Source: Thalia democratica (taxonomy: Eukaryota). From it: 64,000 nucleotides of DNA. Both the position numbers and the translations under genes were made by a program. The stretch lies in contig OZ241826.1 of NCBI GenBank assembly GCA_965202585.1, forward strand, positions 29,760,001 through 29,824,000. The letters are read 5' to 3'. Of the stretch, positions 49,332-61,365 are shown piece after piece (the first letter of the stretch is position 1; every line of letters begins with the position of its first letter). The notes under the pieces are model-generated. The model ran no database searches, had not been told where the DNA came from, and saw nothing but the letters and a program-made list of their open reading frames with translations.

Positions 49332-50186
49332 ATGGTTACAAGGAAAAATAATATTTTATGCTCCTCAAGTGATGAGGAAGATACGACCCGAGACCTTCCG
49401 ACCACAAAAAGCAAGCTTAAATACGAAATCATTAAGGAGGAAACCCCTCAATTCGACAATCTTTTCTCCGGGATAAAAGAAAATGAGTTCTTAAAGGAAG
49501 ACGAAAAATTAGACTGGCTTGAATATTTTAAAGAAAAACGTAAACTCTTGAAATGGCAAAGCAATATTCTTAACTGTCATGTCTTCGAAAAAGAAAGCGA
49601 GTATTTAAACATGAGCTATGCGGATCTCTGGTCGCTTGTGAACAATTCAGGCTGGCTGTCAGACGCCACAATAAACGCAATTCTCAATTTTCGTTGCAAG
49701 TACAGCAAGAATGTTGGCTACATAGAAACTAGCGTGTTCGAGTCGATTGAAAATCCTTTTCTTGTTCAAACAGTACCCACCCCTTTGAAAGACGATAAAG
49801 ACGGATATGTGGCTGTTAAAAACGCAGGCAGGTCTCACTGGGTCTTCGTGTACCTAAGTTTCAAGGACCAGACTCTTTACGTCGTGGACCCAAAATACAA
49901 CCAGACCGAATTAGGAATGAGAAAGATCTTTAATTCTCTGAAAACGTGCCATCACAGCGAGGAGAATTCAAAGAACGAGTCCAAGTGGAACTTGAAGAGC
50001 GGTGAGTGGAAGATGAAACAGATCGATCACACGCAGCAGACTGATTACCACAGCTGCGGCATGTTCTGCATCAAGTTCGCCTTTCAAGTGATGGAAACTT
50101 TTCCAATCACGCCCACAATGTTGCCAGTTGATAATTTGAACATTGCGAGGCAGAATTTTTTGGTGTTCATACTCAGCAATTCATAA
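49332..50186 (+). CDS. Intronless Ulp1/SENP-like cysteine protease (peptidase C48)
   Basis: 284-aa intact ORF. WLSDATIN, GRSHWVFV (His), YVVDP (Asp) and QQTDYHSCGMF (oxyanion Gln + Cys) in the canonical C48 order. AATAAA near 50266. Confidence 0.92.
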   Translation: MVTRKNNILCSSSDEEDTTRDLPTTKSKLKYEIIKEETPQFDNLFSGIKENEFLKEDEKLDWLEYFKEKRKLLKWQSNILNCHVFEKESEYLNMSYADLWSLVNNSGWLSDATINAILNFRCKYSKNVGYIETSVFESIENPFLVQTVPTPLKDDKDGYVAVKNAGRSHWVFVYLSFKDQTLYVVDPKYNQTELGMRKIFNSLKTCHHSEENSKNESKWNLKSGEWKMKQIDHTQQTDYHSCGMFCIKFAFQVMETFPITPTMLPVDNLNIARQNFLVFILSNS

Positions 50187-50842
50187 AGATTGCTAAATAC
50201 CACGTGACCGATTTCGATGAATTGGATTAACTTGAGCATTTTGTGCTAGTTTTTCTAAACAATTTAATAAAACACATTTCTCAAATACTACATGGTTTTT
50301 GATAATATAATACATACTAATTACTTACAAATATAATAATATATTTCAAAATATTTCAAATTCTACTAATTACACGATATTTTATATAACATTAATAGAA
50401 AACGAGAAATAGCTAACCTTAAAAAGTGTTTAGTACTTTTATTCGGCTAATTAACGAATGAATTTAAAAGCCTGTAACATAAAATGGAAAAATAAGTAGA
50501 ACAAAAGCAACTAAAAGAAAAACTTGTCGTACACTTAATCAGCGTTCCACAAGTAAGTAAAGAAAGAAAGTGAGTATTTACATGAACCATTGAAATCGTT
50601 ATAAGTAAACAGATATCTGCGTTTGATTTGTTACTGGAAAAGCTTTAACTTAGTCCAGTACTTTACATGTCACTTATTTTGCTGATGCGTCACTGTAAAG
50701 CTTTATTTTAAATTTTGAGGATATCAAGTTCTAAACTTAATGATTAAATAGTTATTGAGTAAAAAATGAATTAAATTTCAAAATTAATCTAGAAAAAAAA
50801 GCATAAAAGTAAAATAATATTCAAAAAAGAAGAAAAAATAAG

Positions 50843-51210
50843 TTACCGAGTGAGGGTAAGGGTAAGGGGTATACAAAAATTACTAATAAAAAACATTGAA
50901 AAAAAAAAAACAAAAATAAGTTTAAAAAAAGGCCGACCCAAGAAAAGGGTCGGGAGTAACAGTGATAGTAAGACATAAATAATAAGCAACTATTAAAGAT
51001 TATTAATAGAAAACCATAAAATATAAACTGTAAAAATAAATAAATTAATAAAACAGCAGAAAAGAAAAAAAAAGTTACTGACCAAAAGTAAAAGTTAGGG
51101 GTGACAGTGGTAGTAAAAAAAAAAGTTGAAATTATTATAAATTAGATTAAAAAATTTTAAGCCGTGTAAAAGTGTATTTGTGCTAAAGTGACCCTTCATG
51201 AAATCTTCGT
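50843..51210 (-). mobile_element. Second, inverted copy of the 24.4-24.9 kb element family
   Basis: gagggtaagggtaagggg, gtaacagtgatagtaa and gttaggggtgacagtggtagt are reverse complements of the 24.5-kb units. 7-bp GC stem-loop CCGACCC-aagaaaa-GGGTCGG at 50933-50953. Confidence 0.65.
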
Positions 51211-52009
51211 GAATTCTTAACTATATTTTAAATCTGATATCTTAAGTTAAAACTAAAAAGATACAAAAGTTTGTATTTAGAAACGTTAGAGTAAAATCAG
51301 AAAATCCACAGCAACCGAAAAACATTTGGTCAACAAGTCTCCCTTTGTTGTATATTTTTACAAGGATATTTTTAATTATATATTGTAAATTTTAGAAGTT
51401 GTTGTTAAGAGATGACTCATTATTATTTGCAGAAAACTAATAACAGAATAAATAATTAAAGAAGTAGTTTTGTAAAGTTTGTTATCAATTTTTAGTTTAT
51501 AAATACAAACAACTGATATTAAGAAAGGAGTTTTCAGACTTGCATAAAGAATTTTGCTTTAATAAAGCATTTCAATTGATATATTTTTTTTTTTAAACAA
51601 AAAACCACAAAAAGCTGGATTTTTAATTTATTTGGTTTAGTTTTTTCAATGGAAATAGAACATATTTAACAATTTTGACTGTTGATTGGTTAAAGCAAGT
51701 TTCTAAATTCTTTATTAAGAAAGGCTTAAGAAGCTGTTTAAAAAGTATGGATACTCTTTAAAACTTACGTCTATCTATTTTAAACTATAACTGTTTAAAA
51801 AATTTAACAATATTCTTTAATTAAACTATTAAAAGTTGAAGTTTACACGTTGTTTTATTTCTTTAACTTTTACACACAACTAAATTATATTTTAATATGT
51901 TCTGTAAATAAATAAATAACTCGCATACTAGTTTGACATTATGTTTACATTCAACTTAAGAAACTTAAGAATCGTAAGAAAACAGTAATTAGAAAACAGC
52001 TCTAAAAAT

Positions 52010-52270
52010 TTTAAGAATTACGGGAAGTCGCAGTAGTGTGGCAAAGTTACAGTCAGCGTAAATACTTTTGCTGAAGTATATGAGACTATAACTATACAGT
52101 TTTATTTTATAAGTAAGAATTTTAAACCTCGTTCTATGAACAAAAGAGCATATGTATTTTAAAATTAATCAAATCTTCAGTAGTATTTTATTAGTTTGAA
52201 TTCATACTAAACAGCATTATTCTCACAATGTTGTTATATACTTATTATATCGACCTACTTCTAACAAACA
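52010..52270. repeat. Direct duplication of ~260 bp (partner ~53540-53800)
   Basis: Shared caaagttacagtcag.gtaaatacttttgctgaagtatat...ataactatacagtttt...atactaaacag...acaatgttgtt...tacttatta.atcgac. Confidence 0.85.
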
Positions 52271-54099
52271 GACTTTTTTAATAAGCTGTGTTTTAGCTCA
52301 AACCTAAGAAAAATATTGGATAGAGTTTTATGCATTTTGAAAAATTATTCAAAACATTATGCACGCATGACAAATACTGAATAAACCAAAACTATTACAA
52401 AATACATTAAACAAGTTCAGAAATTCAAAATAAAACTTTTACTATTTTTTATTACTAATTTAGACTGTTTATGACTAATTTAGAAATAGTAAAACAAAAC
52501 TTTAACGATAAAACATATAAATTTGTAACTAAAAAACTTCTTCTGTGCTTAGACACTTTTCTTTATATTTTTTATAACTTATAACTTAAATGGTAATTTA
52601 TTCATATCTTTCGTCTTATAACAAAAAAAAAAGTTTCAAATGTATTAAAAGAAACTTTAATAATAAGAAATGAAAACACTTTTAATTTATATCAAATCAG
52701 AATTATCAGTATAAGGTAGAGAGCAACGTATCATCCAATAGTTTAATCCGAAAACCGAAAAAATTTTAGTTTTCGTAACAAGCACTTTGAAATGTAGTAT
52801 TCTTTTGTTTATTAGACCATAGTAGTTTTAAACATAGTTATCTCATCAATATTAAAAAAAAATCTTACTACTTTTCAGATAACCCTAACTTATTAATGTA
52901 GATTATGTAAGTTTTTGAAAGTTAAAAAAATACATATAAACAATTTATTTAATTACACAGTTACTTAAAGATAACTTTTATTAAGATTTAGAGACTAAGA
53001 ATGGTCGATAAAAATCAACAACTCGTTAGCTATCAAAAACATATATATACTAAATAACTATTAATTTTAAAATGTTTCAAAACGTAAAATAATAAAATTA
53101 TAGATTAAAATACACATAAACAAACTTATTATTATATAATAACAATATTTTAGTACTTTAAACTTGCATTGTTGAAGTTTATGTTTTTTTTTGATTACAT
53201 TAATTCTTCTTATGCTTAAAAAGTTAAAATTAAGTAGAAAAGTGAGTTCAACTGTTAGTTTTTAAAACATTTTTTTTAACTATTAACATTGTTTTGATTT
53301 TATATGAGATTGAAAGACAATAATCTCTGTTTTACAAAGCACTTAATTAGAATTTTTATGTTTTTAAAATCTATCCAACAGATAGCTCTAACTTACTTAA
53401 ATTTCTTTTGCAGCAGTTTCATAACTTTTCATAAATAATTCATACATCAGTTTAAGAATGTATTTACATTTTACTTCGGAAAATTAAGAACTGTAAAATA
53501 GTATTATTTTGGTCAGTGTTTGAAAATAAGTGTTAAAACTTTAAGACTTACAGGAAAATGATGTAGTGTAACAAAGTTACAGTCAGAGTAAATACTTTTG
53601 CTGAAGTATATTACACCATAACTATACAGTTTTTGTTAGTTAGGATTTTAAACTTCGTTTTATGAATAAAAGCGTTGTATTAATGGTGTATTTTTTAATT
53701 AATAAAAGCTTATTTGATACTTACCAGTTTGAGTTTATACTAAACAGAATTGTTTTTACAATGTTGTTTTATACTTATTAAATCGACTAACTAGTAACAA
53801 CTGAAATTTTTTTTCAAACTATAACAAGTAGTAGTTTACTACTTGTTTCGAGATGTACAATGAAGGAGTCAAATATAAGTTAAGTGGAAATTACATTAAA
53901 GGAGTCAAAGTTTTAAGTGGAAAATTACAGAAAGACTTGTGCGTGACGTAGTAAGTAGGGAAAAGAGTAAAAAAAATAAACAAGTTTTTCTTAGTGTGTT
54001 AAAAGGATGTTTGGTTGGTTGTGCGGGTGATGTTGACGGATCGGGCAAAAGGAATAGAAGCACTGCAAAGGATAGTAGAATTGCTTGAGTTTTGTAAAT

Positions 54100-54454
54100 C
54101 GTAACCAGCGTACAGCCACTAAGCTTAAGAAAACCTCGAGTCAGTTGTGGTAGAACTTCATCACGTTACTTTATCACAATGTCGTGTTTTGTTTTTAAAT
54201 GTATATTAAATCACCATTCACTTAAAGTTGTTTTCTAGAAACTAGATTATAAGTAAGCTCAATACATTAAAGTTATCGATCGTTCAATTAGAACGTTTTT
54301 ATAATATTATATATATATATAATTCAACTAAGATTATCCAAACGCTTATCGATGGACGACATAAAACGCATGACGCGGTCACAAACTAAGGCGAAAAGCT
54401 AAAATAAGCAATTTCCTAACCTAACTACGACCGAGCCATCGGTCAGTGGTTATA
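54100..54454 (+). repeat. Candidate 5' LTR (355 bp)
   Basis: Ends CGTAACCA and TGGTTATA are each one transition away from TGTAACCA...TGGTTACA. (TA)n TATA-like tract at ~54307-54321. Followed after 1 nt by TGGCG. Confidence 0.55.
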
Positions 54455-54455
54455 A

Positions 54456-54465
54456 TGGCGTCCTC
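54456..54465 (+). promoter_or_regulatory. Candidate tRNA primer-binding site TGGCGTCCTC
   Basis: Starts with TGG just after the candidate LTR end. The same 10-mer occurs at 40960-40969 (-) and a one-mismatch copy at 30588-30597 (-). Confidence 0.6.
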
Positions 54466-54783
54466 CCTACAAGCACAGATGTACCACCTTTCGATGAAAC
54501 AGCGAATAGCGGACCGAATGAAAGAAATGTTGAAATTCAGGGCGAAGAAGGTAAAAAACTGATACAGAAGGATATTCTTTTCAGTCAATACACCAACTTA
54601 TGACGAAGCTAGAACTTTATTTAATGATCGAATTATACAGGCAAATAAAAAAACACAAATGGATAAAATACCTTCGACGAAGTTAGAAAATGATCAAAAA
54701 AATTTTTTCAACAGAATAAAATTTCGACCCAGGATAATTTAAACATTATTAAGAAAACAGACTATGAAATACAAATAGAAGAA

Positions 54784-56574
54784 ATGAATAAATTACTTAA
54801 AATAAGCGAAGAAAACCTTAGAAGACAACAGGCGGAAGAAGAAATTCGTAGAATAAGGATGAAAATTTGTGAAAATAATAATAAACTGGAAAATCTGACC
54901 ACAAGTCAAAACTTTATACATACAGATAATAACATGACGCATCACATCAGTAATAACATGTATGCAAATAAAAACAACTTTTGCGATGAAGATTATATGC
55001 AGAACCAAAATATTTATAATAGAAATTTTGATAGTATTAACTCAAACCATACAGTATATGGAAAATATATGGAAATGGACAGATTAATAAAGAAATTCAA
55101 CAGAATAGAGAAACTAAAAAATCCTAGAGATGTATTGGGGTATTTCCAGGAAGAATTTCATCGACTTAACATACGTGATGATTACGTGAAGTATAACATA
55201 CTTATCGAAAAATGGCCAACTGAGGATGTTTCGAATTTTTATAGATTAGTGGACAGGGAACATCGAAACTTCGAATCATTCTGTGATTTTTGTGTTAATA
55301 GGGACGACTCTCTGAGCGAAATTCTCAGTAAGGTACCACAATATGAAGCTTCAACCCCGTTTGGCGTATTCCTCGCAGATGCAACCAAATTCGCAGAAAG
55401 CAGCAAAGTTGACCGCATAAAATTTTTCTGCTACTACTTAAGTCTACTTTCATTGAAAACAAAAATCAGAGAAAACTTTAATGAAAACTATGATATCTTC
55501 AAGAGAAGGACACAAGGTATTTGGAATTGTCAAGAGGATAAAATACCTTCCGATCCGGTAAATTGTGATAGAACGCCACGAACAAATCAAATTTATAGTA
55601 CAAATCCTAAAAGGTATAACAATCGAATTATCGGACATACAAACAATGATTTTAATTACAACAATAACAACAACGGAAGTTTTAGACCGTATCGAAATCA
55701 TCAGATTCCAGATTTTTATTCACACAATAAAAACAATAACAATAATTGGAATTATCAACAAACTAGTGCAAAACCAAATCCGTTTACAAACCAGGGTGAC
55801 TTATGCTATCAACATTGGCGATACGGAAAAGAGGCTTACTCTTGCAATAGAAAGGATTGTAAGATGAATCATCTAATTGCGAATCACCAACAACAGAAAA
55901 GTTGCAACGTTGCTGTTATACAAACAGACTTAACAAAGGACAAGGAAACTAAGTTATACGACGAAGATAATAAAAACTGCAGTTACAAAGCAATACCTGT
56001 GGATAACACAGTAAATAGTTTCATGAATCAAAAGGGCTCATTAACTGTAAGCATGAAAGGAACGAAAGAGAATAATATTCATGAAAGTACAATGCCTACA
56101 TGTTCGGGAAAGACAGATCAAATAAACAACAATCTAGAAAATATTTTGAAAAAGATAAACGAATTGGTTTTGGACAAAAGTAATGTTCCGGTTAAACAAT
56201 GCTCAGTTTTAGAAAATAAAACAGAAACAACCGATATAAAAAATCTTCCTAAAAACCTCCTATTCGCACTGGAAAAAAAATCGGGAGTCTTGTTATTGAT
56301 AGATTCAGGTAGTGAAGTGTCTATCTTACCGAAAATATTAACTAATGGAATAAACCAATATTTCCAACCAAAAAGTAAAACAATAAAGGGTTTGGGAAAC
56401 TCAACCATTTATCCAATAGGGAGTGTAGATGTGGACCTCAGCATTGGAAATATGCTTTTAAAAAAAGCCACATTTTGGGTTACCAAGGAATCGGGGGACT
56501 ATGGAATTATTGGATTAGATATACTCAAAGCTAACAAACTAATTATACTTCCGAAATCCTTGAATACAATTTAA
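54784..56574 (+). CDS. gag: gag-protease portion of the Gypsy polyprotein (continues upstream and downstream through frameshifts)
   Basis: 596-aa track ORF with a CHCC knuckle and DSG aspartic-protease motif. A one-base shift near 56558 leads on to LEYNLNRKARLYTAG...MEPDYNKPVKH. Confidence 0.88.
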   Translation: MNKLLKISEENLRRQQAEEEIRRIRMKICENNNKLENLTTSQNFIHTDNNMTHHISNNMYANKNNFCDEDYMQNQNIYNRNFDSINSNHTVYGKYMEMDRLIKKFNRIEKLKNPRDVLGYFQEEFHRLNIRDDYVKYNILIEKWPTEDVSNFYRLVDREHRNFESFCDFCVNRDDSLSEILSKVPQYEASTPFGVFLADATKFAESSKVDRIKFFCYYLSLLSLKTKIRENFNENYDIFKRRTQGIWNCQEDKIPSDPVNCDRTPRTNQIYSTNPKRYNNRIIGHTNNDFNYNNNNNGSFRPYRNHQIPDFYSHNKNNNNNWNYQQTSAKPNPFTNQGDLCYQHWRYGKEAYSCNRKDCKMNHLIANHQQQKSCNVAVIQTDLTKDKETKLYDEDNKNCSYKAIPVDNTVNSFMNQKGSLTVSMKGTKENNIHESTMPTCSGKTDQINNNLENILKKINELVLDKSNVPVKQCSVLENKTETTDIKNLPKNLLFALEKKSGVLLLIDSGSEVSILPKILTNGINQYFQPKSKTIKGLGNSTIYPIGSVDVDLSIGNMLLKKATFWVTKESGDYGIIGLDILKANKLIILPKSLNTI

Positions 56575-56720
56575 ATCGTAAAGCCAGACTATATACAGCT
56601 GGGGAATTAACCGCAGCTGCTGAGGGACCATGTAACAAACTCAAAATAACTAGTTACCAAGAGAAATCGGATGACAAAAACAATATAACAAGCATACTTG
56701 AGGAATTCAAAGAACTTACA

Positions 56721-59466
56721 ATGGAACCAGATTACAATAAACCAGTTAAACATGGACATTCACTGGAGATAAAAGTAAAAAATCTAGTACCAAGAATGAT
56801 TAAAGCACGTAAATGCAACGGAATGAGACGTAAAATAGTTGAGGAAAATTTTAACGATTTAATAATAAGAGGGGCAATGTCAAGAGGACAAGAAGCAAGA
56901 TATGTATCACCAATTACGATGGTACCAAAAAAGGATGGAAATATAAGAATCTGCATAGATTAGACAACCTTAAAAGCCCACACAAACCCAATCTCATACC
57001 CATTGCCTCGCATTGATGAGCTTCCTGAGTTTATTCCAAATGGGTTAAAAAATTTTTTCTGTCTTGACTTAAAAGAAGCGTACTACAGTCTTCCAATTCA
57101 CCCAAACTCTCAAAAATATGCTGCTATAATTGCTCATCATGGTGTGTTTATCCCTCATCGCACAACATTTGGCCTCATGAATGCGCCGATGCGTTTTCAG
57201 ATGATGATGGAAGATATTTTGACTCCTTGCACAGGTTTTGTTTATGTTTATCTAGATGACATACTTGTTTTTAGTGAAACTAAAAAAGATCACAAATTGC
57301 ATCTTAGAAAGGTGCTTCAAACATTACAAGATAGTGGACTGTATTTAAACGCTAAGAAGTGTATAATAGCAGAATCAAAAGTAGACTTTTTAGGACATTC
57401 AATTGGAGCCGATGGTATAGGTGTCATGGAAAGCAAAGTGGAAGCAATTATTAATTTACCAAGGCCAACAAAAAGAAAGGAACTAAAAAGATTCATCGGT
57501 TTAGTCAATTATTATTTCCATCACATTCAAAGATTATCTGAAATCACAGCACCATTTAACGAATTGTCTGGAGGACCCAAAGCTACTAACAAAAAACCAC
57601 TAAAACTAAATCAATTCCAAATTAATGCATATAAGGATACATTGAAGGTGTTGGCAAAGGCAGCAACCTTAGCTTATGAAGATCACAATAAACCATTAAT
57701 ATTATACTCAGACGCATCCGAAACTCATGTGGGGGCGGTGTTGGAGCAGGAAGGAATAAATGGAAATAAAAGGACTCTTGCGTTCTTTTCAAAAAAACTT
57801 ACTAGCCTTAAGAGATATAGATCTACTTTTTATAAAGAACTAAGTGCTCTGTATTTAAGTTTGAAACATTTTTAAAGTAGGATAATTGGTCGTGAACTTA
57901 TTATTAGGACCGACAGTCAGTCAGTAGAAAAAGCAATCACAAATTCAATTAAAGATCAGTCACCAATGGAACAACGCTACATCGCGGCAATCTAGGATAT
58001 TAACCCTTTTATAAAACATATAGCTAGTGCCGATAACATAGTAGCCGATATATTAAGCAGACCACCTCATAGCACATCCATGCACATAGCCTTACAAGAT
58101 AATGATCCAGACTATGTTCATAACTCAAACACAGATTTGAACTGTTCTGACACAGATGATGATCTGACTGAAAATGAAGAAGAGTTAATAACAGCGGCAT
58201 CATTAAATAAGTTAGGAATAGCCCAACTTCAAAAAAAACGAACCTTTATTATTAAAGAAAGCCAAAGAATTAAAAAAGGAAATAAAATATGTGGGATCGG
58301 AAGACTTAGCAGTAATCTAAGAAGGAGATAACCAACGTATAATCTTACCCTCGATATTACGTTTGACAGTATTTGAATTAGCTCACGGATATCTACATTT
58401 GGGAGTAGAAAGATCTATAATAGCGACTGCAAAGGATTACTGGTGGCCAACTTTGAATACTGACATAAAATATTGGTGTAAGAGCTGTGCCGAGTGCCAA
58501 GCTACTAAAACTTTTAGACACAATAGACCTAAAATAGGTCTGTATCCAAAGAATACAGAACGTTTCCAATTTATTCATGTGGATCTTATTGGTCCAATGA
58601 AAGTAATTTCAGATGATAACAAGTATATTACGACTATCAAAGACAGAGGTACCGGATTTTTGGTAACTACACCTTTACCTAATAAGAAAGCTCAGACAGT
58701 AAAAAATGCGCTGATACAATCGTGGTGCGGGATTTTTGGAGTACCACAAGTTATTGTCACAGACAATGGATGTGAGTTTACTAATAGCCTTCTTAAGGAA
58801 GTATTCCAACAATTAGGTATAGACCATCGATACGTACCACCTTATAGTCCGGAAAGCAATGGTTTTGTTGAAAGACAACACAGAAGTATTAATGTTGCAT
58901 TAAGAACGTTAGTCGATAAAGAGAAATGGTCTATGCTCTTACCTCTGATAACTACATCCATTAACAACTCGTTTATTGAAGGGAATCTGTTTACTCCGTC
59001 GCAATTAGCATTAGGAACGTGCACAAATATAAGTGGTAGGATATTTTTCAACAAGGTCAGCAACAACCATAAGGAGATTGACCTTTATGAAACAAATTTC
59101 TTCCTTCATACGATGTCGAATGCATATAGAAAACATAAATTCTACTCAGAAAAGCATACTTATTATGAGCCTGGTCTTTTTGACTGTGAGAAAGTGTGGA
59201 TTAGAAAAAAGAATAAATCACATCTGAGTGCACAATATCACGGCCCATACTTAATACTTTCCTATTCCGATCACTCCATGATCATAGAAAAAAATGGTAA
59301 ACCAATAAAAGTCTCATTAAGAAACGTAAAAGGGTATTTCCCTCGTGAGGAGCTCGACGCGGAGGGTAACAAATTGGGACCTACGGCTGCATACAATTTG
59401 AGGGAAAGAAGTATTGAACTAAACTACGCAGATATAGACACTACCACATACGAAGAATCCGATTAA
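56721..59466 (+). pseudogene. pol: pol (RT, RNase H, integrase), interrupted
   Basis: Track ORFs 56721..56963, 57003..57875, 58080..58331 and 58363..59466. Stops replace conserved residues (ICID*, LKHF*, AAI*). Confidence 0.92.
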
Positions 59467-61139
59467 AAATAAGTTTTGAATTGAGAGTAGGAATTAACAT
59501 TAATCAGATTGACATGTTCAAAATATTTTATTCGTACAATATTGTTTTAGTTAGCATGATATATAAAAATAATTTTAATATTAAAGTATAGCTGTGTGAT
59601 TCGTTACAATAAGCAATTGGGTGCGAAATACTTATTTATTTATTTTTTTTGTGTTAGTTTAGTAAGGCCTGTTTAATCTTAAACAAGCGATGGTAATCAA
59701 CTTGTTGTGTTACTTTTTAATTTTATTGCATGTAATTAATTTTTTATTCTGCTGTATTTAATTATGTAAATACAATAAAAAAAAATAAAATAAAAAATAC
59801 ATAAAAAAAAATATAAAAAAATAATAAAAAATTCCAAAAATTATAAAAATTATAAAAAAAAAAAAGTTTTTTGAATAATAATATTGTAAATTATTGAATT
59901 TTAGAATAATGTATTATATTATGTATTAACAGTATTTATAAATCTTGTATCGATGTTACGAGTATAAAGTATCGATGGGCATGTGTAAATAAATATTGTT
60001 TCAGATTTTATTTAACATATTATATAAATGCATAAGATGCTATAGTTTTCATTTAACAACTTTGTAATATGATATGAAACTTTTTGTCAATAGAAATTAG
60101 TAAAGCATAAGAATAAAAATTAACTTTTAATAAAAATTTGTTTTTAAATAAATTTTGTTAATAAGTCCAAACGAATATTTTAATTTTTTTAATATGCGAT
60201 GTTATACACAAAGCATTTGTATTCGAAGTTGTGACATTCAATTAACATGGGAACATAATTAGTGAAACAAATTTTTTAAATTTTGTTTGTAGGATTTTGA
60301 AAAATTTATGTTTTTATTTTATTTTATGTTGTAATAATATTCCCAGCTGATATATTATTTAGTATAAATTTTTAGCTTGTCGGTAAATAATTGATTAATA
60401 TTTGTAACTATTTAGATAAATAAAATAAAATAAAATTAAAAAAACGCGATACTTAAAAATAGAAAATGTTAGATTAATGAATATGTTTACACAAAACTTT
60501 TTAAATTAAAATATTTAAAAAGTTGTGGCATACATTTATTTTGCCAGCACTTGGATCATTTAAGAAGCAAAGGAAACTTGAGTGCTTTTATTAAGTTAAA
60601 CTTTTCAACTTATTCAAAATTGAATTATTTCAAGTATAGGAGTTAGGGGAATTCAATTGAACAAGAAACTGAAGATAATTAAATTTTTATCAAGTAGTTA
60701 CAATTTTGATAGAAGATATTTAAGATTTTTTTCTTTTGTTGTGATCATGTATATCTGCTTTTTAAGAAACATTAAAAAAACTCAACTGAAAGGAAAGCTC
60801 AGACTTCAATTTTTTTTTAGTTGCATTAGAATTATATGTAGCATACTGAGATTTTTTTGTGTTTTGTTAAATATGTATTATAATAGTAAAGAGTTAAATA
60901 TTATTATATTAATTTTTTTATATTATTACATATTTGTAAGGAAATCTCAATACTTATGTTAAATTAATTATTAATGATTTTAAAAATGTTTTAATCTATG
61001 ATAAGTTATAGTACCATAATTTAAATTCTCAAGTTGCGAATAATAATCAATTAATAAAATACGCGTTGTTTTACAACACGTCAATTTCATACTTCAATAA
61101 GGCAGTAGTTTTTACTTTTATATTAACTTTTATCCTTTC

Positions 61140-61365
61140 TTATCGTTGGGCCTAAAATGAGAACAAGGAAACTAAAATTATGGTGGATAAACATTTTTAT
61201 GTATTTGTTTGTTGGCCATATGAAGCTTAATGAAGTATAGAAAATGGACAGCAGAGCCTTACACTATTTTTAGAAAATCTATTCTAAGAAATTGGGAGAG
61301 GTCAAATACATTACTTTTTTTTTATCGTTAGACCTAAAATGAGAACATGGAAACTAAAAATTATG
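61140..61365. repeat. Two ~43-bp direct repeats (61140-61182 and 61322-61365)
   Basis: ttatcgtt(gg/ag)(g/a)cctaaaatgagaaca(a/t)ggaaactaaaa(a)ttatg. Confidence 0.8.

Larger units (their letters stand above)
54100..59466 (+). mobile_element. Ty3/Gypsy LTR retrotransposon, CsRn1-like, decayed; 5' LTR candidate present, no 3' LTR found in the window
   Basis: gag with a CHCC knuckle (CYQHWRYGKEAYSCNRKDC), protease LIDSGS, RT (VPKKDG, YLDD), RNase H (SDAS, KEL, RTD, VADILSR) and integrase (HHCC zinc finger; VDLIGP, TDNGCEF, VERQHR), in PR-RT-RH-IN order. Multiple stops/frameshifts. Confidence 0.95.

Noticed and set aside
1-50186. A single giant element (Maverick/Polinton or endogenous virus) carrying RING, Kelch and Ulp1
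   Set aside because: No DNA polymerase B, packaging ATPase, capsid or enclosing long TIRs were seen. The genes are separated by 13-18 kb of ordinary repeat-laden DNA and intron-containing genes.
53854-54114. Alternative 5' LTR TGTAC...GTACA for the Gypsy element
   Set aside because: No TGG PBS follows it, whereas 54100-54454 has longer terminal inversions and an adjacent PBS-like site. Not fully excluded without a second LTR.
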